Shown here: piece after piece, positions 27,945 to 40,426 of the stretch
How the letters are laid out: each line of letters starts with the position of its first letter
Numbering within the stretch: the stretch's first letter is position 1
Assembly (NCBI GenBank): GCA_965285935.1
Contig: OZ260663.1
Coordinates: 102,982,001 to 103,046,000 of the forward strand
DNA: 64,000 nt
From: Ophelia neglecta
Taxonomy: Eukaryota
Direction of reading: 5' to 3'
Program-made: the position numbers and the translations under genes
Notes under the pieces: model-generated
Seen by the model: the letters and a program-made list of their open reading frames with translations, nothing else
Told to the model about the DNA's origin: nothing
The model's database searches: none

Positions 27945-30811
27945 AAAAGCACCAAAATAATATGTTTAAAAAAAAACACCATAAAAACTTCTAATGAGAA
28001 GATGCAATCCCAATATTTCGTTAGAAAGCTACTCACTTGTATTTTCATCATAAGTTGTTTCAAATACCATCCCAGTCTTTTACGAATAGGACATAATCAT
28101 CAATTTAAACAATCATTTATTTATTTTTAGTTTCAGCAAGTTAATATTGCTTTGCCCTACAATCGGGTTCTTGTCAACCAGTCTTGGATAAAATTGATAT
28201 GATAATATTTCAATTTATCTAAACAATAACCAGTTATAAACGAATGTGCAAAAAGCATGCGTTGCCTCCCATCTAGGATGAATGATAAGCTAAATTCTTG
28301 TGATAAATAAGGTTGTAAACGAATTACAAGGCCTATCTATAATTTTTTTGAGATAGTTGAATGTTTGATATATTCAAACTTATCACTTATTTAGCTAATT
28401 TGGTAGTTTTGATTAGTTGATAACATAGCCATATAAATGTATTGTATGGTGTATAACCTCTGCAACTTATACAACAACTGCCACCATGCATCTGTGCAAT
28501 GCGTCATTATCCAAGCTTTGTGCTAAATTGTTATGATTCTTTTTCTATGCTGGATTTTCCGAAATGGTTTTTGAGGAGAAAAGTGTATGTGCAGAATACT
28601 GCTAATCGTTTTCAAATCAACCATTGTGTTCTTTACTTGAACCTGAACGCAAAACTAACCAATTCCACTTTGGTCCACGATTGCCTTGATAAAGATGGTG
28701 TCTTCCTTGATGAAAGCTGGTTTCCGCTGGTCCAACTTGGCGATAGGACAAAACAGTGGACATCCGCTGGCTATGTTCATATCGGTAGCTGGGCGTCTGG
28801 AAGAAAAGGACACAACATTTAACAATGAAGCGTGCAATGTGTGATGGCAGGCAGGGAATATTACCTGCCATGAAAAAACCAATACTATGAAAAAGGGGTG
28901 TTCAGTAAAGTAGTATGATTTTATCCGAATAAGTCGATTGCATCTAAGCCCTCCTAATGTAAATACCAAGCTGCCATTGATAAACAATTGTCGCTGATAT
29001 GGATAACGAAACGGTCAAACGAGGGGCAAATATGAAAATGGTTGGAAAGAAAAACACATATTTTTATTTTTTACGTGTATATCATCTTCCGATGGTTTTT
29101 GGACATAATTTCATTTTTAATGAAGTATTCAATTCAGATTCATGTGGCCCATAAATGGGTGTGCCGTATGGTAAAAGCTGAGAGTAACTATTTCATGTTT
29201 GTGGTCGTTTCTATTTAGGCTATTATTGCCGTGATAAACTAGACTTCAAGTCTAGTTGATTCTTTAGCGTATTTTTTTTGCCATCTTGTTTCTGGGAATC
29301 CCGTTTTTATTTTCAGCATTGTGTCTGCCATGCGGCGCTGTCTGTACTCTCTGCGTGAGGAAGAATGAGCTACCGTCTGTCGGTGACATAATGGTGATCT
29401 TGACACCGGCGAATTAGCGCAGGCGCATTAGCTATCGGAAATGGCTTACATGTAGCTGTCAACGGAATAGTGTTAACACGGCCTGAGTATGTTTATTTGC
29501 AAACTTGCTAGCATCAGTGCTTGTGGGAACGTGTTCAGTGAATACTTACATACACTAGTTTAATTTGTGTTGTCAATAATAATTGTTTAAAAAGTAAATG
29601 TGACATCAAACTGTATAATATGCTATTGTGAACGAGGGTTTTGACAGACGAGTGAGTGCTTTTCAATTTGCGAATTTAAGGCAAGTTAAGGCAATTGTGA
29701 TTTAACCAATGAATTTAGAACGAAAGTATTAATTTTGGGATATTATATTTTGCCGCTGACAGGATGACCCACACTAAGGTGAGATAGGATGGGGATGGGA
29801 GAGGGTGGGGTGGGTGGCGGGGTGGTGTGGCAAGGGGGGTGGGGGTGGGGGCAATTAATAGGATTCGTAAAACAATTTGACATGTAAATTAGATAGGAAG
29901 CCAATTACAATGTGATGCAATCCATAGGTCTTTCATGCATAATTCCCACCCCAAGTCATACGAGCTGGTATTTAATGTATGGCACGGGTCGAATCTTCAC
30001 CATAGGTCTCGAGTTGAATAAACTTCCATTTAAAAAGAGGCCCCTCTAGACTCACTTCCAACCGATTTCAATATGTAATACTACTGGTACTAGCACTTAT
30101 TAAAGCCATTCGTGCCTTCGCCTTTTTTTTTACTTAGGTCATGTTGAGCTTCCTTGGTCAATATCGCTTGTTGGTTTTGTCCCTCGTTGCATTAAAAACT
30201 AGTACGCTCTTTAATTAGTTGCGCTCATTTCCCTAATAATGAACTAATTCCCCAAAGGATCTAAAAAAAGGAAGAAGGTAAAGAATGCCAATTTATTATA
30301 TAATTATTTACACATATAACCGTGCCTTCACATTTACAACTACAATATTCGGTTCATCAATTTATGTTACATACAATAAGGAAACATACACTTGTATGGC
30401 TGTAACGACATGTCCATCTAGTAAGAAAAGTTTTACTCTTTTATATATACTGTAACCGAAACATTGTCTGACATATGTGTTAACTGAACTTACCTAAAAT
30501 GACCATACAAATATAAAATGTTCAATTAATGTACTTATGACAACCGGTACGTAAATAATCTTGCTTACATGAATGACGAGCTTGTTGGGTCTGGCCGAAA
30601 GGCGTCGATCAGATGGTTCATATTCTCCTGGTCTAGCAACATCAAAGTAACCTTTCAAAAAAGTGTTTTCCTTTAAATCAACATGTTAGCGAAACAATGC
30701 ATTGTTATTAATATGGAATGAATAACAAAAGCTAATATTATTGATTGGCATTGCTCTATTGCAAACCAGCGCCACCTAGCACATTAACGGAACATACCAC
30801 GTCGTTCATGG

Positions 30812-31013
30812 TATTTCGGGGGTAGTATCAGGACTTGTCAACCCGGTGTCAGTATAATGTGACTGGGTGGGGTTCCCCGTCTGGTTCTACGGCAGGTACA
30901 CCAGTGAGGCAGAACTCTTAAGAGGGCATTGAGCCCACTGTCTCAAGTAGGCACCGTGGGGATATGACCAAATAAGTGTTGAAAGCCACGTAAAACCCCA
31001 AACAACAACAACA
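30812..31013 (+). mobile_element. 5'-truncated copy of the same SINE
   Basis: Matches the 3' two-thirds of 54063-54384. TSD TCGTTCATGG at 30802-30811 and 31014-31023. Confidence 0.85.
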
Positions 31014-31764
31014 TCGTTCATGGCAGGTCCTACTATTTAAGGATAATTACATCGCCAGATTTTCCCAACAATGCACATGATTTACAATATTGCCTATCGC
31101 AAGTCTTTCGATAGCCATGTCGTATCCCGTTATATTGTTTAAAGAAGTACAAAATCCACCCTTTTCTTTCAAATGAAAAACAGAGAAGTTAACTGCAAAC
31201 GTAAGAGGGTGTTATTTTCAAGATGAGGAACGGTTCCTACGTTCAATTTTGAAATAATATTTTCCTGTCACTCATCGCGTTCCGAAAACTGTACGCAAAT
31301 GCAACTGGAACCATTTGCTTCACATGAACAAGATTCCAACACACAAGTAATATAGCAAGAGCTGAATAACAAGGGAACTATTTCGTCATATTTTGAGGCT
31401 CGCCATGAAGGATAGGGTGTTTGCCGTTACCGTGTTCACTAATGCGGGTGTGCACAGAGTAAAAATAATCAAGGTGTAGTGATGAAACAATAACTAAAAT
31501 TGCAGTTTGATGTCTTTAGGTTTCGTTTATCAATCATTCATACATCTGATAAGCAATATACAACTATCCAAAGAAGCAAATGAAACGTTTTCTATTAATA
31601 ATTAGACGGAAGCTTTAGTCCGAATGCACATGTGTTTTTACACTTTATGACAAGTCTTGTCGAATGCATTTGGATTTTAATTGCCAATTATATAATTAGT
31701 CAGCAATCCTCCGCGAAACAAAGCGTTCTAACTTAAGTATGGATCCCAACACTTAGATATATGT

Positions 31765-32620
31765 ATTTTTTTTAAATTTTATCATCATTTAACATATAAC
31801 ATATGTAAATTTCTAGATCAATAAATAAAACATACACAATATACAAAATCAAGATCTATAGATAGCATAGAAGCAAACTATGCTATTTATATAACCAAAT
31901 CACGTTAAAGAATACTATTGAATACAGATCAAAATTAAGTATGTTTAAGCCTGACATATTGTGATATATTACAGCAGCTAACAGAAAAGAACTTGTTAAA
32001 TATAGCAAAAGACAGGAATCCTAGGGCTTATTTGTCTTGGATGTTATGACAAAAATGTAGATTGATACGCGACGGATTAAAAATAAATGAAAAATTAAGT
32101 TGAAGCTATTCAGCGATATGGATCCAAATAAGAAACAAAGACACAAGAAAAAAAACGAAAATAAAGTTTTAATATTTGGAGCGCTGGTGCAATTGTGCAG
32201 GTGCAGTAATAATAGTAAAACAAATTGGCTGCTGGATACAAAGTTATAATGATTGCATTGATAACAACTTTAATAGTAGCTTTTTAGTGAAGAACTTAAA
32301 AGAGTGTATTGAGCAATTATAATCAATGTGATCAAGGCTCAAATTGTAGGACAAGGCTGCTTGGTAAATAGGACTGCGCTGCATAGTTGAAGTTCTGCGA
32401 GGTAATAGATGAAGATTGGATGATTGTCTAGTTTTGTGACTATGGACATCAAAATTGAATTTAAACGGAGAAGAGAGTTCTTCTGGGAGCATACCATTAA
32501 GCAATTTATAGATAATAAGGTGGAGACTTATATTGTACAATTCACATAGTGGAAGAATATTCGAATCAATAAAAAGAGGCAAAGAAGGAGAGTGTATCGA
32601 GGATTCAGTCACCAAACGAA
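31765..32620 (-). mobile_element. 3' fragment of a CR1/L2-type LINE in a TRAF intron
   Basis: ORF 32244-32615 (HSPSLPLF..NILP..YKLLNGMLP..VHSHKTRQSSNLHLL) is a typical post-RT C-terminus. It is followed by an AT-rich 3' UTR and an A-rich end near 31765. Confidence 0.7.
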
Positions 32621-35600
32621 GTGTAAGAAAATTATTTCCAATATTTTACAGAACAAGACCAAAACCAGAATCAATTTCCTGACAAAGGCTTGGCATAATT
32701 GTACAATTTTAATGTCAACTTATTTCGCCGGCAATAATTTCGCATTTGTACAGTGCATACTTCGTTTAAAAATCACTATCTGTGTTATTGGTATATCACT
32801 CAAATGCATCATCTCAGTTTGTTTGTAGTGTAATACATCAAAGATTGTAGCAGCTATATTAACACCAATAAAAGAGGCTAGGATCCATACATTAATGATG
32901 ACATGCAACATGCAATCTTCACCTTTTGCCTAAATGGCCAGGGTAGGATAGCGTCGTACCATCCCCTCATTACCACGAAAAACAGCGAGATGTGCGTCGC
33001 TTTCCCCATACCGTCTGAAACAGTACAAATAAACGAAAAACGAAATAGCTGTTAACGAATTAATTGCCTTCCAAACGTATCTCTTTAAATATTCAAAGGC
33101 AATTGGGATATACCTCATCTATTTATCCAGTGTTTATTTTGAACTATATATAGAATTGATTGCCAATCGGAATACATGCTGCTCACAGTTTGTTTTAATC
33201 ACAGATATCGCAATGAAAAGTGCAGTACACATCTTAGCTATCACCTTGCCCCAAAGTGTGAACGCATCGCCAGCTGCCGGCAAACGGACATGTTTTGGTG
33301 TTTATCTATTCGCGCTTGATTGCAATTGCTTTTGGTGCCTCCTTGTTTATAGATTTAGCTGATATTGGTTTCAGGTCACCAAGGCCAAATTTTGCTGCGG
33401 TTTAACTGGGGTTTTTTCGATTAGGATTTCAGGAGGGGAATAATCCGATTCCGTCAGTTTAAAATGCCGATGCGGTTTGATTTGGGTGGCGACTTATTCA
33501 AGAGTGGATACGGTAGTATGTTTTAATAACAGCTTATCCTGCAGGACACCGAAACGTATGGAATAGTAAGACAGAGTCACCCGGAGAAATGAATATTACA
33601 ACATTCTATTTAGACAGTGTTGTGATCTAATGAAGAGCTGCAGAAAATGGCTTCCGAAATGCTGGCAGTACATGTACTACTATTTAAACGCATATCATTG
33701 CAAACATTCTAAATTCGAATTCAGAAACACAAAAGTTTGTTTTCCGTCAAAGTTACACTCAATATGACATTGTCACCGTTCCATTCAGGGTTTTCATTCC
33801 GATCTTTGAACGCATTTATGACTATAGTGTTTAAAAAACCATGAAAAGTACTATGACGTGAAAAAGGAAAATCAATAGGGGATATTTCACCAAACAGCTT
33901 AGCACTGACCAATTCACTGTCCTATTCAGGACTCACAGACATCTAAAAGTGAGACCCTAAATTGTGTAACTGGCTTGTAACTAGCTCGCTCATCACTACA
34001 TCAATAGTGAAGTTGTTAGTCGAGCACACTTACATCCATTTTTGGCAGCTTAATATTGTACGTTTCTTTATGTGTTTACTGGTTGAAATAAGGCCAGTAA
34101 TGTGTTTTTTTTAATGCAACATGCAAAAACAGATATTTCTTTTTATCTTACGAATATTTATACAGTACTCTATTCGTAATGCTCTAAAGCGCTGTGCAAT
34201 TCAGATATATAATGAATACAATATAAGGTAATATTATAGAAAAAGATTGTGTTTAATATAGGTCAAGGGACTATCTATTTTACGTAACCTTTGTCTGGCA
34301 GTTAATTTACGCGCTCTACGGCATGCTTCTTTCTAGTTCCTTCCTTTTAACAACGTTTCTTTCGGCTTTATTTCTGATTGTTATTCCAACTTTTTTTACT
34401 AGAAACATTTTTTTTTCAGTTGAACTGCTTCATTGGGTCACCACTCGTCATTGTTGTTAGGCCAAGCCTAATCTCTATATTTATATCTATGCTGGAGTTG
34501 TCTTTCTAAATTCAATTATAGACTATCTCTAACGTGGAGGCTACACTCTGAACACTAGACGAGGAATATTAGAAGATGTTAAAAATGATTGTACAGTCGC
34601 ATCTACTCACCTCCGTTCAGATATACTCTGAGACACATCTTGTACCCAGACCTGCTGGTGTAGAAGGGTGCAGAGGGCACGGCCACTTGTCGCCTCCTGG
34701 CGTTTGCGGCTGAAGTCTGTTATTCGCCAGACCAGAATCCCTTCAAAAGAGGTTTTATCCAGAGCCTGGGTAAAAGAATGATATGCTGTTCATCAACATT
34801 ATAATCAACCAACATACTTATATACTGTATCAGAAAATCCATATGCTGTGTTTTTGCAAGATTTGTGTTAAAGTCAAATAAAAAAATAATTATACCATCA
34901 AACTGTCCTTCCATATACCCACCCAAGCATTACCTTACGAAAATAAGTTACATCTGTTTAAATTATGTTTCCAGGCCAGCAGCCCCACTGTTTGAAATAA
35001 AGCTTTACGGTACATGAGTACGGTCATTCGAAACCGACCGAACTTGGGGGCAGTCCAAATTCCCCCATTAATCCACATTCCTTTAGTCATATATCCGATA
35101 AGGGTCGCGGCAGAAAATGAATAAAATATAATACTAATGGTGTTAGTCCCAAAGTTGTCTTTTACCTGGACTCTGAGGTCCAGCTCTGCCAGGGATACGT
35201 CTTTCACGGCGTCACTGCGCTCAAGAGAAGTCACCTTTCTCTGAAGTGTATCAAACTCTTCAGTCTGCACCCTGGAAATCATGTCAAAGTACACACTGTA
35301 AAAACGTTTTACTTATATTTACTTACAAGGCAAATACATGGAATTCCATTTTCTACTGGTGAAGATCATACTATAGTCAGTGGGCCACTGTAGTTATGGT
35401 ACTTTATTATATGATAATTCCCGGACAGTTTCAAGTAAATGTTTAAAGTAGCTTTAAATTGTGCAGGGTATTATAGGTTGCTTACACAAAACTAACTGAA
35501 CATAGAAGCGGTTCCCAGTTTAATCTCCATGATTCTATTTTTTTTTTCTTAACCCATGGTAAGGTTTTGTCAGATCTACATATCATTGACAAGCGCGCTG

Positions 35601-38427
35601 ATACGTACAATAAGTTGGAGAGCCGAAAATGGGAAGACGTGCTGATGGTATTAGTGCAGAACTGACCTGCGCTGATGCTCCAGCCCATTGAATTCTACGA
35701 TGACCTTCTCCAGTTGTCTGTTTAGTAGGCTAGCAGGCTTTCTACGGTCTGCTGCTTTTCGGTCAGGGCAACCAAAGATTTATTCTCCACGCTACTTGCT
35801 CCCGCGTCACCGTGGCGGGTATCATCTGGTCTTCTATTGGCACCCTGTTGCGAGTGAACCTGCTGACCCATTTCGGTTACTTTAGTTTCTAGCTCACCGA
35901 TCTTCTGTGCCAAAATATCGGATTTAGTAGCCTGTGAATTATTACTGGCACCTTCAATCTGGCGACTCAAGGTCACAACCTTGAGAAGGAGAGCGCTCAA
36001 ATGATCTACGACCTTTTCGTTCTGGTGTTTGGGAGTGTTGGGAACGCCGCAATCGAATGGGCATTTCCGGTTCAAGCAATCCCCCGTGAGGGGGTCAATA
36101 TGTGCCATGATTTGTTTTTTCGGCATCTTTAATCGGCAACCATCGCAAATCTCTGGGTAAAATTCGCAAGACCTCTCGTGCTCATCTTGGTCTTTGGCAA
36201 TAATATCTACGGCACAGTGCATGCATTTGATGACTCTTAGACGACATTCCCCTTTCTTGTGATCGGCCATTTTGTTTTAACAAACCAATATTTCGCAGTC
36301 GCATTTCATTTTTTTGAACTTGCATATTTTCTCGTGTTTCAGAAAATTTCCAAAAGTTCCGGTCCAGTCGCAATCGGAGTTGTCACATCTAGTTAAAAAA
36401 GGTGGCCAAATGTTCGTACTTAAAGGTGCGGACTTTTAAAAATCGAATTTCACCATCGTCTGATTATGTCACCCACTTGAGTTACAAAGATAAGATGTAT
36501 TAGTCCGTGTGGAAAAAGGTGAATAATAATAGAAAAGGAAATAAGAGATCCTTAGTTTTATTGTATGTTTGATATGATTGTGTTAACTGACTTAGCGTCC
36601 AAGGCAGCCATGTCGCGGCGTACTGCGTGGTCAGGTATGATGCTCTGGATGTTAAGAGAAGCCAGGTCAGTATCCTCGGCGTCCTCTCTAATACATTCAG
36701 GGCACTTTACCTCAGCCTGTGCTTCTACAGCACGGATGAAACAGCCGCGACAGTACCTGTAAACAAAACAACTGTGTGGTCGGGACCGGGATGTCAATAT
36801 AATATTATTTCCTGGTTACAAATGGACAATACCCAAAAAAATGGACACTAAGTGTACACATATTTATATGGGCCTGTGCATCCTTTGTGATGCCGTCGGT
36901 TGATGACAACTGCCTTTATGCGCTAGCAGCTGCCAACCGGCGTGATTTTGCAAAAGATCCATTCTTCTTTGACCAACGTTTTGAAAAAGGTGCCCAAAAC
37001 GCCCCATGGAGATCTTTAACACATACTACTATATGATCACAAAGAACGAATGGACTGAGATTAGAAATAATTACTAAACTATAGGCGTGCACTCACTATT
37101 GATAAATTTGATAAGATGAGCTATTTTTTCATAGTCAACTCATGGGACATGTTGAATAAATACCTCCCTTAGCTAAGTGAGTTCTCTAAGCTATTAAATT
37201 TGTTTGGGGAACACGTAACAAGAACGTAACAGCGCGTAATGTGGTGTAACAAATGGAATCAGTTTTAATGCAACTGTCTATGATTGATTTTGGCTTGGCT
37301 GATTATCTGGCAACCAAGTCAACTGACTATAGGCTTTGTGTTAACAGCGAAAACGAAAGGTGCGGCGAAAGCTGCATTGGTAGCAAAATAATCTATAATA
37401 TCCGTCATTTAATAACCCAACCCTTACCCAAACATCTCGGTCTTGTTCTTGATACAAGGGGGTAATGGTGGGGTTATTATTGTCATCATACTAGCCCAGC
37501 TACGTTTGCCGCAGGTTTTTTTTTCGCTTTTAACACAAAGCCCGGACTATATTATAATGATATGATAACTGCCACTCTTATGAGGCAACCGATGCGTGAA
37601 AAGCCGCAACATACCTGTGTCCGCAACGAGATTGTACCGGGTCCCGCAGAATATGATCACAACACACACAAAGAACCTTAGGTTGGACTGCTCCGGTCAG
37701 TACCTTATCAACACATACAAACACAGATGATAAACTGCCAATTAAATAAACGCATCGAGGGAAATTACCGCTCTATAAGTATCAACTGCACAATGTGATC
37801 AGTGGTCTAAATTTCAACATTATGTCATAATTGGCTCACAATTCTCACCAACTGAAACAGCCAGTCTGAGAGGTGACATGTAGATCGTAGAACTGATTGA
37901 CATGTCTCATGAAATTCCTACCTCTACTAGTAGTCGCGATTGACTTTTCTATATATATAAGGGGAACACACAGTTCCAGTAAAAAGAAACGGGTTTAGTT
38001 TCATATTGAGCTGACTTTCATTCTAAAAGTTCCAAAGATATCTAGACTATTTTACAAAAGATAGCCCGTCTCGTTGTGTAGTCGAGCCAAGGTAATATGG
38101 CTTCGAGTCACAGTGCCACACGTTTATTTGCATGCTTTTGGACAGACAAGCAGGGCCAGTAATGTAATAATTACTATTGCACTATTGAATAATTTACCTC
38201 CTTGTTGTATCCCTTTGGCATCGGTTGTTTATGTTGTTCAAGTGTGCTGCTTGAGCAGCCATCTAGCGGTCTCCATGGAGGTTTAGGCGGCTTGGTAGAA
38301 GTATCTGGTGGTTGACGGGGTTTTTCTTCCAGGAGAACGTTTAATGACAAGCTGTCTGATCTAGCCATCTTACTTAGCACGGTGGGTACAGATGCGAGTC
38401 ATCAATCCTGAACATCAAAGACATTAA

Positions 38428-40386
38428 GGTAGGGAGCAACAGTTCAGACAGTGCTAGCAATAAAATTGGTTTTCAAGAAAGATCTACACAGATGAATCAT
38501 ATCTATTATAATAAAAAGATGCAACTAGGTATAAAGAATATATATTGTCCAACTTTTCTGGTGAAAAAAAGAAAAATTATGACTTTGAGCGACATTTTAT
38601 GTGAAAATATAAGCATTTTTTTAATGCTGATAAAATAATATGGGAGCATATTACAACTTTGACAGTAGGATAAATCTGATCAGAATAGTAAAGTCTAGTA
38701 AACGTCCTTTCAGCTTTCTAATTTCCAAACCAAACTTGTTTAATTGGCCGTTTTTTGAACAGTGTGTATAATATAGTGATCAAAGAGGCAGTGCTGGTGT
38801 TTGTTTGCGTGTAATTAAATATTGGAGAAAGTTATCGAAAATTTGTGGGGTCGTTTACTAGATCTAACTACAGACAACACATTCCCGTTCGAAAATTGCG
38901 ATTATCTTTTGAATTGAGCTAGCTACGCTAATTGAAAAATCATGGTTCACTTGCAATCTGGTGAGTATAATCAACGCCAGAAATAGCCAAACAAGGCTCC
39001 ACCAGCTGGTTTTTCACACCTAAACATGCCAGATTTGTGTGTAGCTTTCACAACTTTTCACAATTAACCAGACTGTTCCCGTCTCTCCCAGTACACAAAA
39101 AGTCATTTTATTAGGACCAATCAAACACGTTGATTTTATGAGTTTTGTCGGTGATCATCCCGTGAGTCAGGTGTCAAACTCACCGAGACCATGTGCTTTG
39201 GCCATGCTGGCAGTGCAATCGGCTGTGACGTCACTGATGGTGGGAGGAGCTAAGATTATACTAGCCCGGGGCGGTGGATAAGCAGATCTATATAAACTGA
39301 TAAAAGCGATCACATTTACCAGTTCCCAAAATTAAAACCTATTGTGATTTCAAACCTGTGACTTCGGATTATTCGATATTTCAACTGAGCTGCTTTTGGA
39401 TATTTGTGTGAGAATGGGCCGGAAAAAACAAGACCGTCGATCTTGGGATCGAACACGGCTATCGGCAATAAAGCAGTACAAACAAGATTTGACTTTGATG
39501 GAAGAAGAGGTAGGTTATGTCATTTACTTATATACTTGTCTGTCAGTTTATTTTAGGCAAATTTGCAGTTTTCTGGCATGAACTAAACAATAGGCCCGAG
39601 ACAAGTGCTCGATTTCCTGACTCGATCCCATAGTGATAGTGATAGTGATAGCATGTGGTGCCTACACTGATGAATATTCATGACTGTACTTATGTGACGT
39701 GATTCAAGCTGAGGCTTATTGACCACAAGAGAAAACGAACCTGTGTAGCCAGTAGGCCAATTTATAATGTGGAAAGCTCCAAAAACACTATGATTAGCTG
39801 CTAATGATCTGATGATCAATCGATAGACAGCCCCTTCTAAAGCACTCTGACTCGGTTCTATGTGTTTGGGTCTTTGTCGATCTGACAGCTGTCATTGCAG
39901 TCAGGTGGGCGATAATGGCAATGTTTATGTGTCCTATTGTTGTTGTTACGAGGACATATGTTAACTTTGGTCAAACATGTCTGTGCTTCTTTCAGCTCTA
40001 AATTTTCAGTCTTCTTGCTTGGAGCCATTTTAGTGTGTGAATTGTACCAAATGAACATGCAAAGTACTTATATATCTAACCTTGGGGCAAATCTGTGTTT
40101 ATCACAAGTGGTATGGTTGTGGGAGGGAAGTGGGAGGAGCTAATTGCTATTGCATCATTGTCAGTCATGCACGACTGGTCACGTGACTTCCCAATCATAA
40201 CACAATGTGTGTTTGTAAACAAACTGAGGCATAATGAACTTCAATAAAAACCGCTTTTTATTGCAAAACTAGAAAGCGCACAAAGAAAATGAATGTATCA
40301 GAGGAAAGGGCTAATATTCCTTGTTCCAAATCAGCAAAATTTCAAAAATGTTGCCTTTTATCATCTTAGAATTGTTGCTCCCGACC
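38428..40386. mobile_element. Kolobok-like non-autonomous DNA transposon (about 1.96 kb)
   Basis: TTAA at 38424-38427 and 40387-40390. TIRs: GGTAGGGAGCAACAGTTC on the left; the right end reverse-complements to GGTCGGGAGCAACAATTC (16/18). GG termini with a TTAA TSD are Kolobok hallmarks. Two convergent ORF starts lie inside. Confidence 0.7.
39226..39296 (+). promoter_or_regulatory. Putative Pol II promoter inside the Kolobok-like element
   Basis: CRE TGACGTCA at 39226-39233, GC box GGGGCGG at 39268-39274, TATATAAA at 39289-39296. An ATG exon follows at 39414-39509 (MGRKKQDRR..) ending in a GAG/gtaggt donor. Confidence 0.5.
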
Positions 40387-40426
40387 TTAACATTTTTTTT
40401 ATCTCATGTTTAAAAGGAATGAAATT

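Larger units (their letters stand above)
28655..38368 (-). pseudogene. TRAF2: TRAF2-like TNF receptor-associated factor (RING, TRAF zinc fingers, coiled coil, MATH), unprocessed pseudogene or null allele
   Basis: Exons on the minus strand: 38368-38198, 37703-37615 (CVCCDHILRDPVQSRCGHR), 36756-36592 (YCRGC..CPEC), 36388-35667 (zinc fingers, coiled coil), 35271-35166, 34765-34611 (GILVWRITDFSRKRQEA..FYTSRSGYKMCLRVYLNG), 33014-32923 (DGMGKATHISLFFVVMRG..WPFRQK), 30651-30569 (VTLMLLDQ..DAFRPDPTSSSF), 28796-28655 (RPATDMNIASGCPLF..DTIFIKAIVD, TAG). Lesions: in-frame TAA at 36279-36277, 1-nt deletion at about 35727, frameshifting deletion (probably 11 nt) at about 34674. Repaired length about 578 aa. 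Confidence 0.9.

Noticed and set aside
36277-36279. Stop-codon readthrough or selenocysteine recoding in TRAF
   Set aside because: The codon is TAA, not TGA, and two further frameshifts lie downstream.
37745-38005. NF-kB/IRF-like motifs in a TRAF intron
   Set aside because: Only partial matches, expected by chance in AT-rich DNA.
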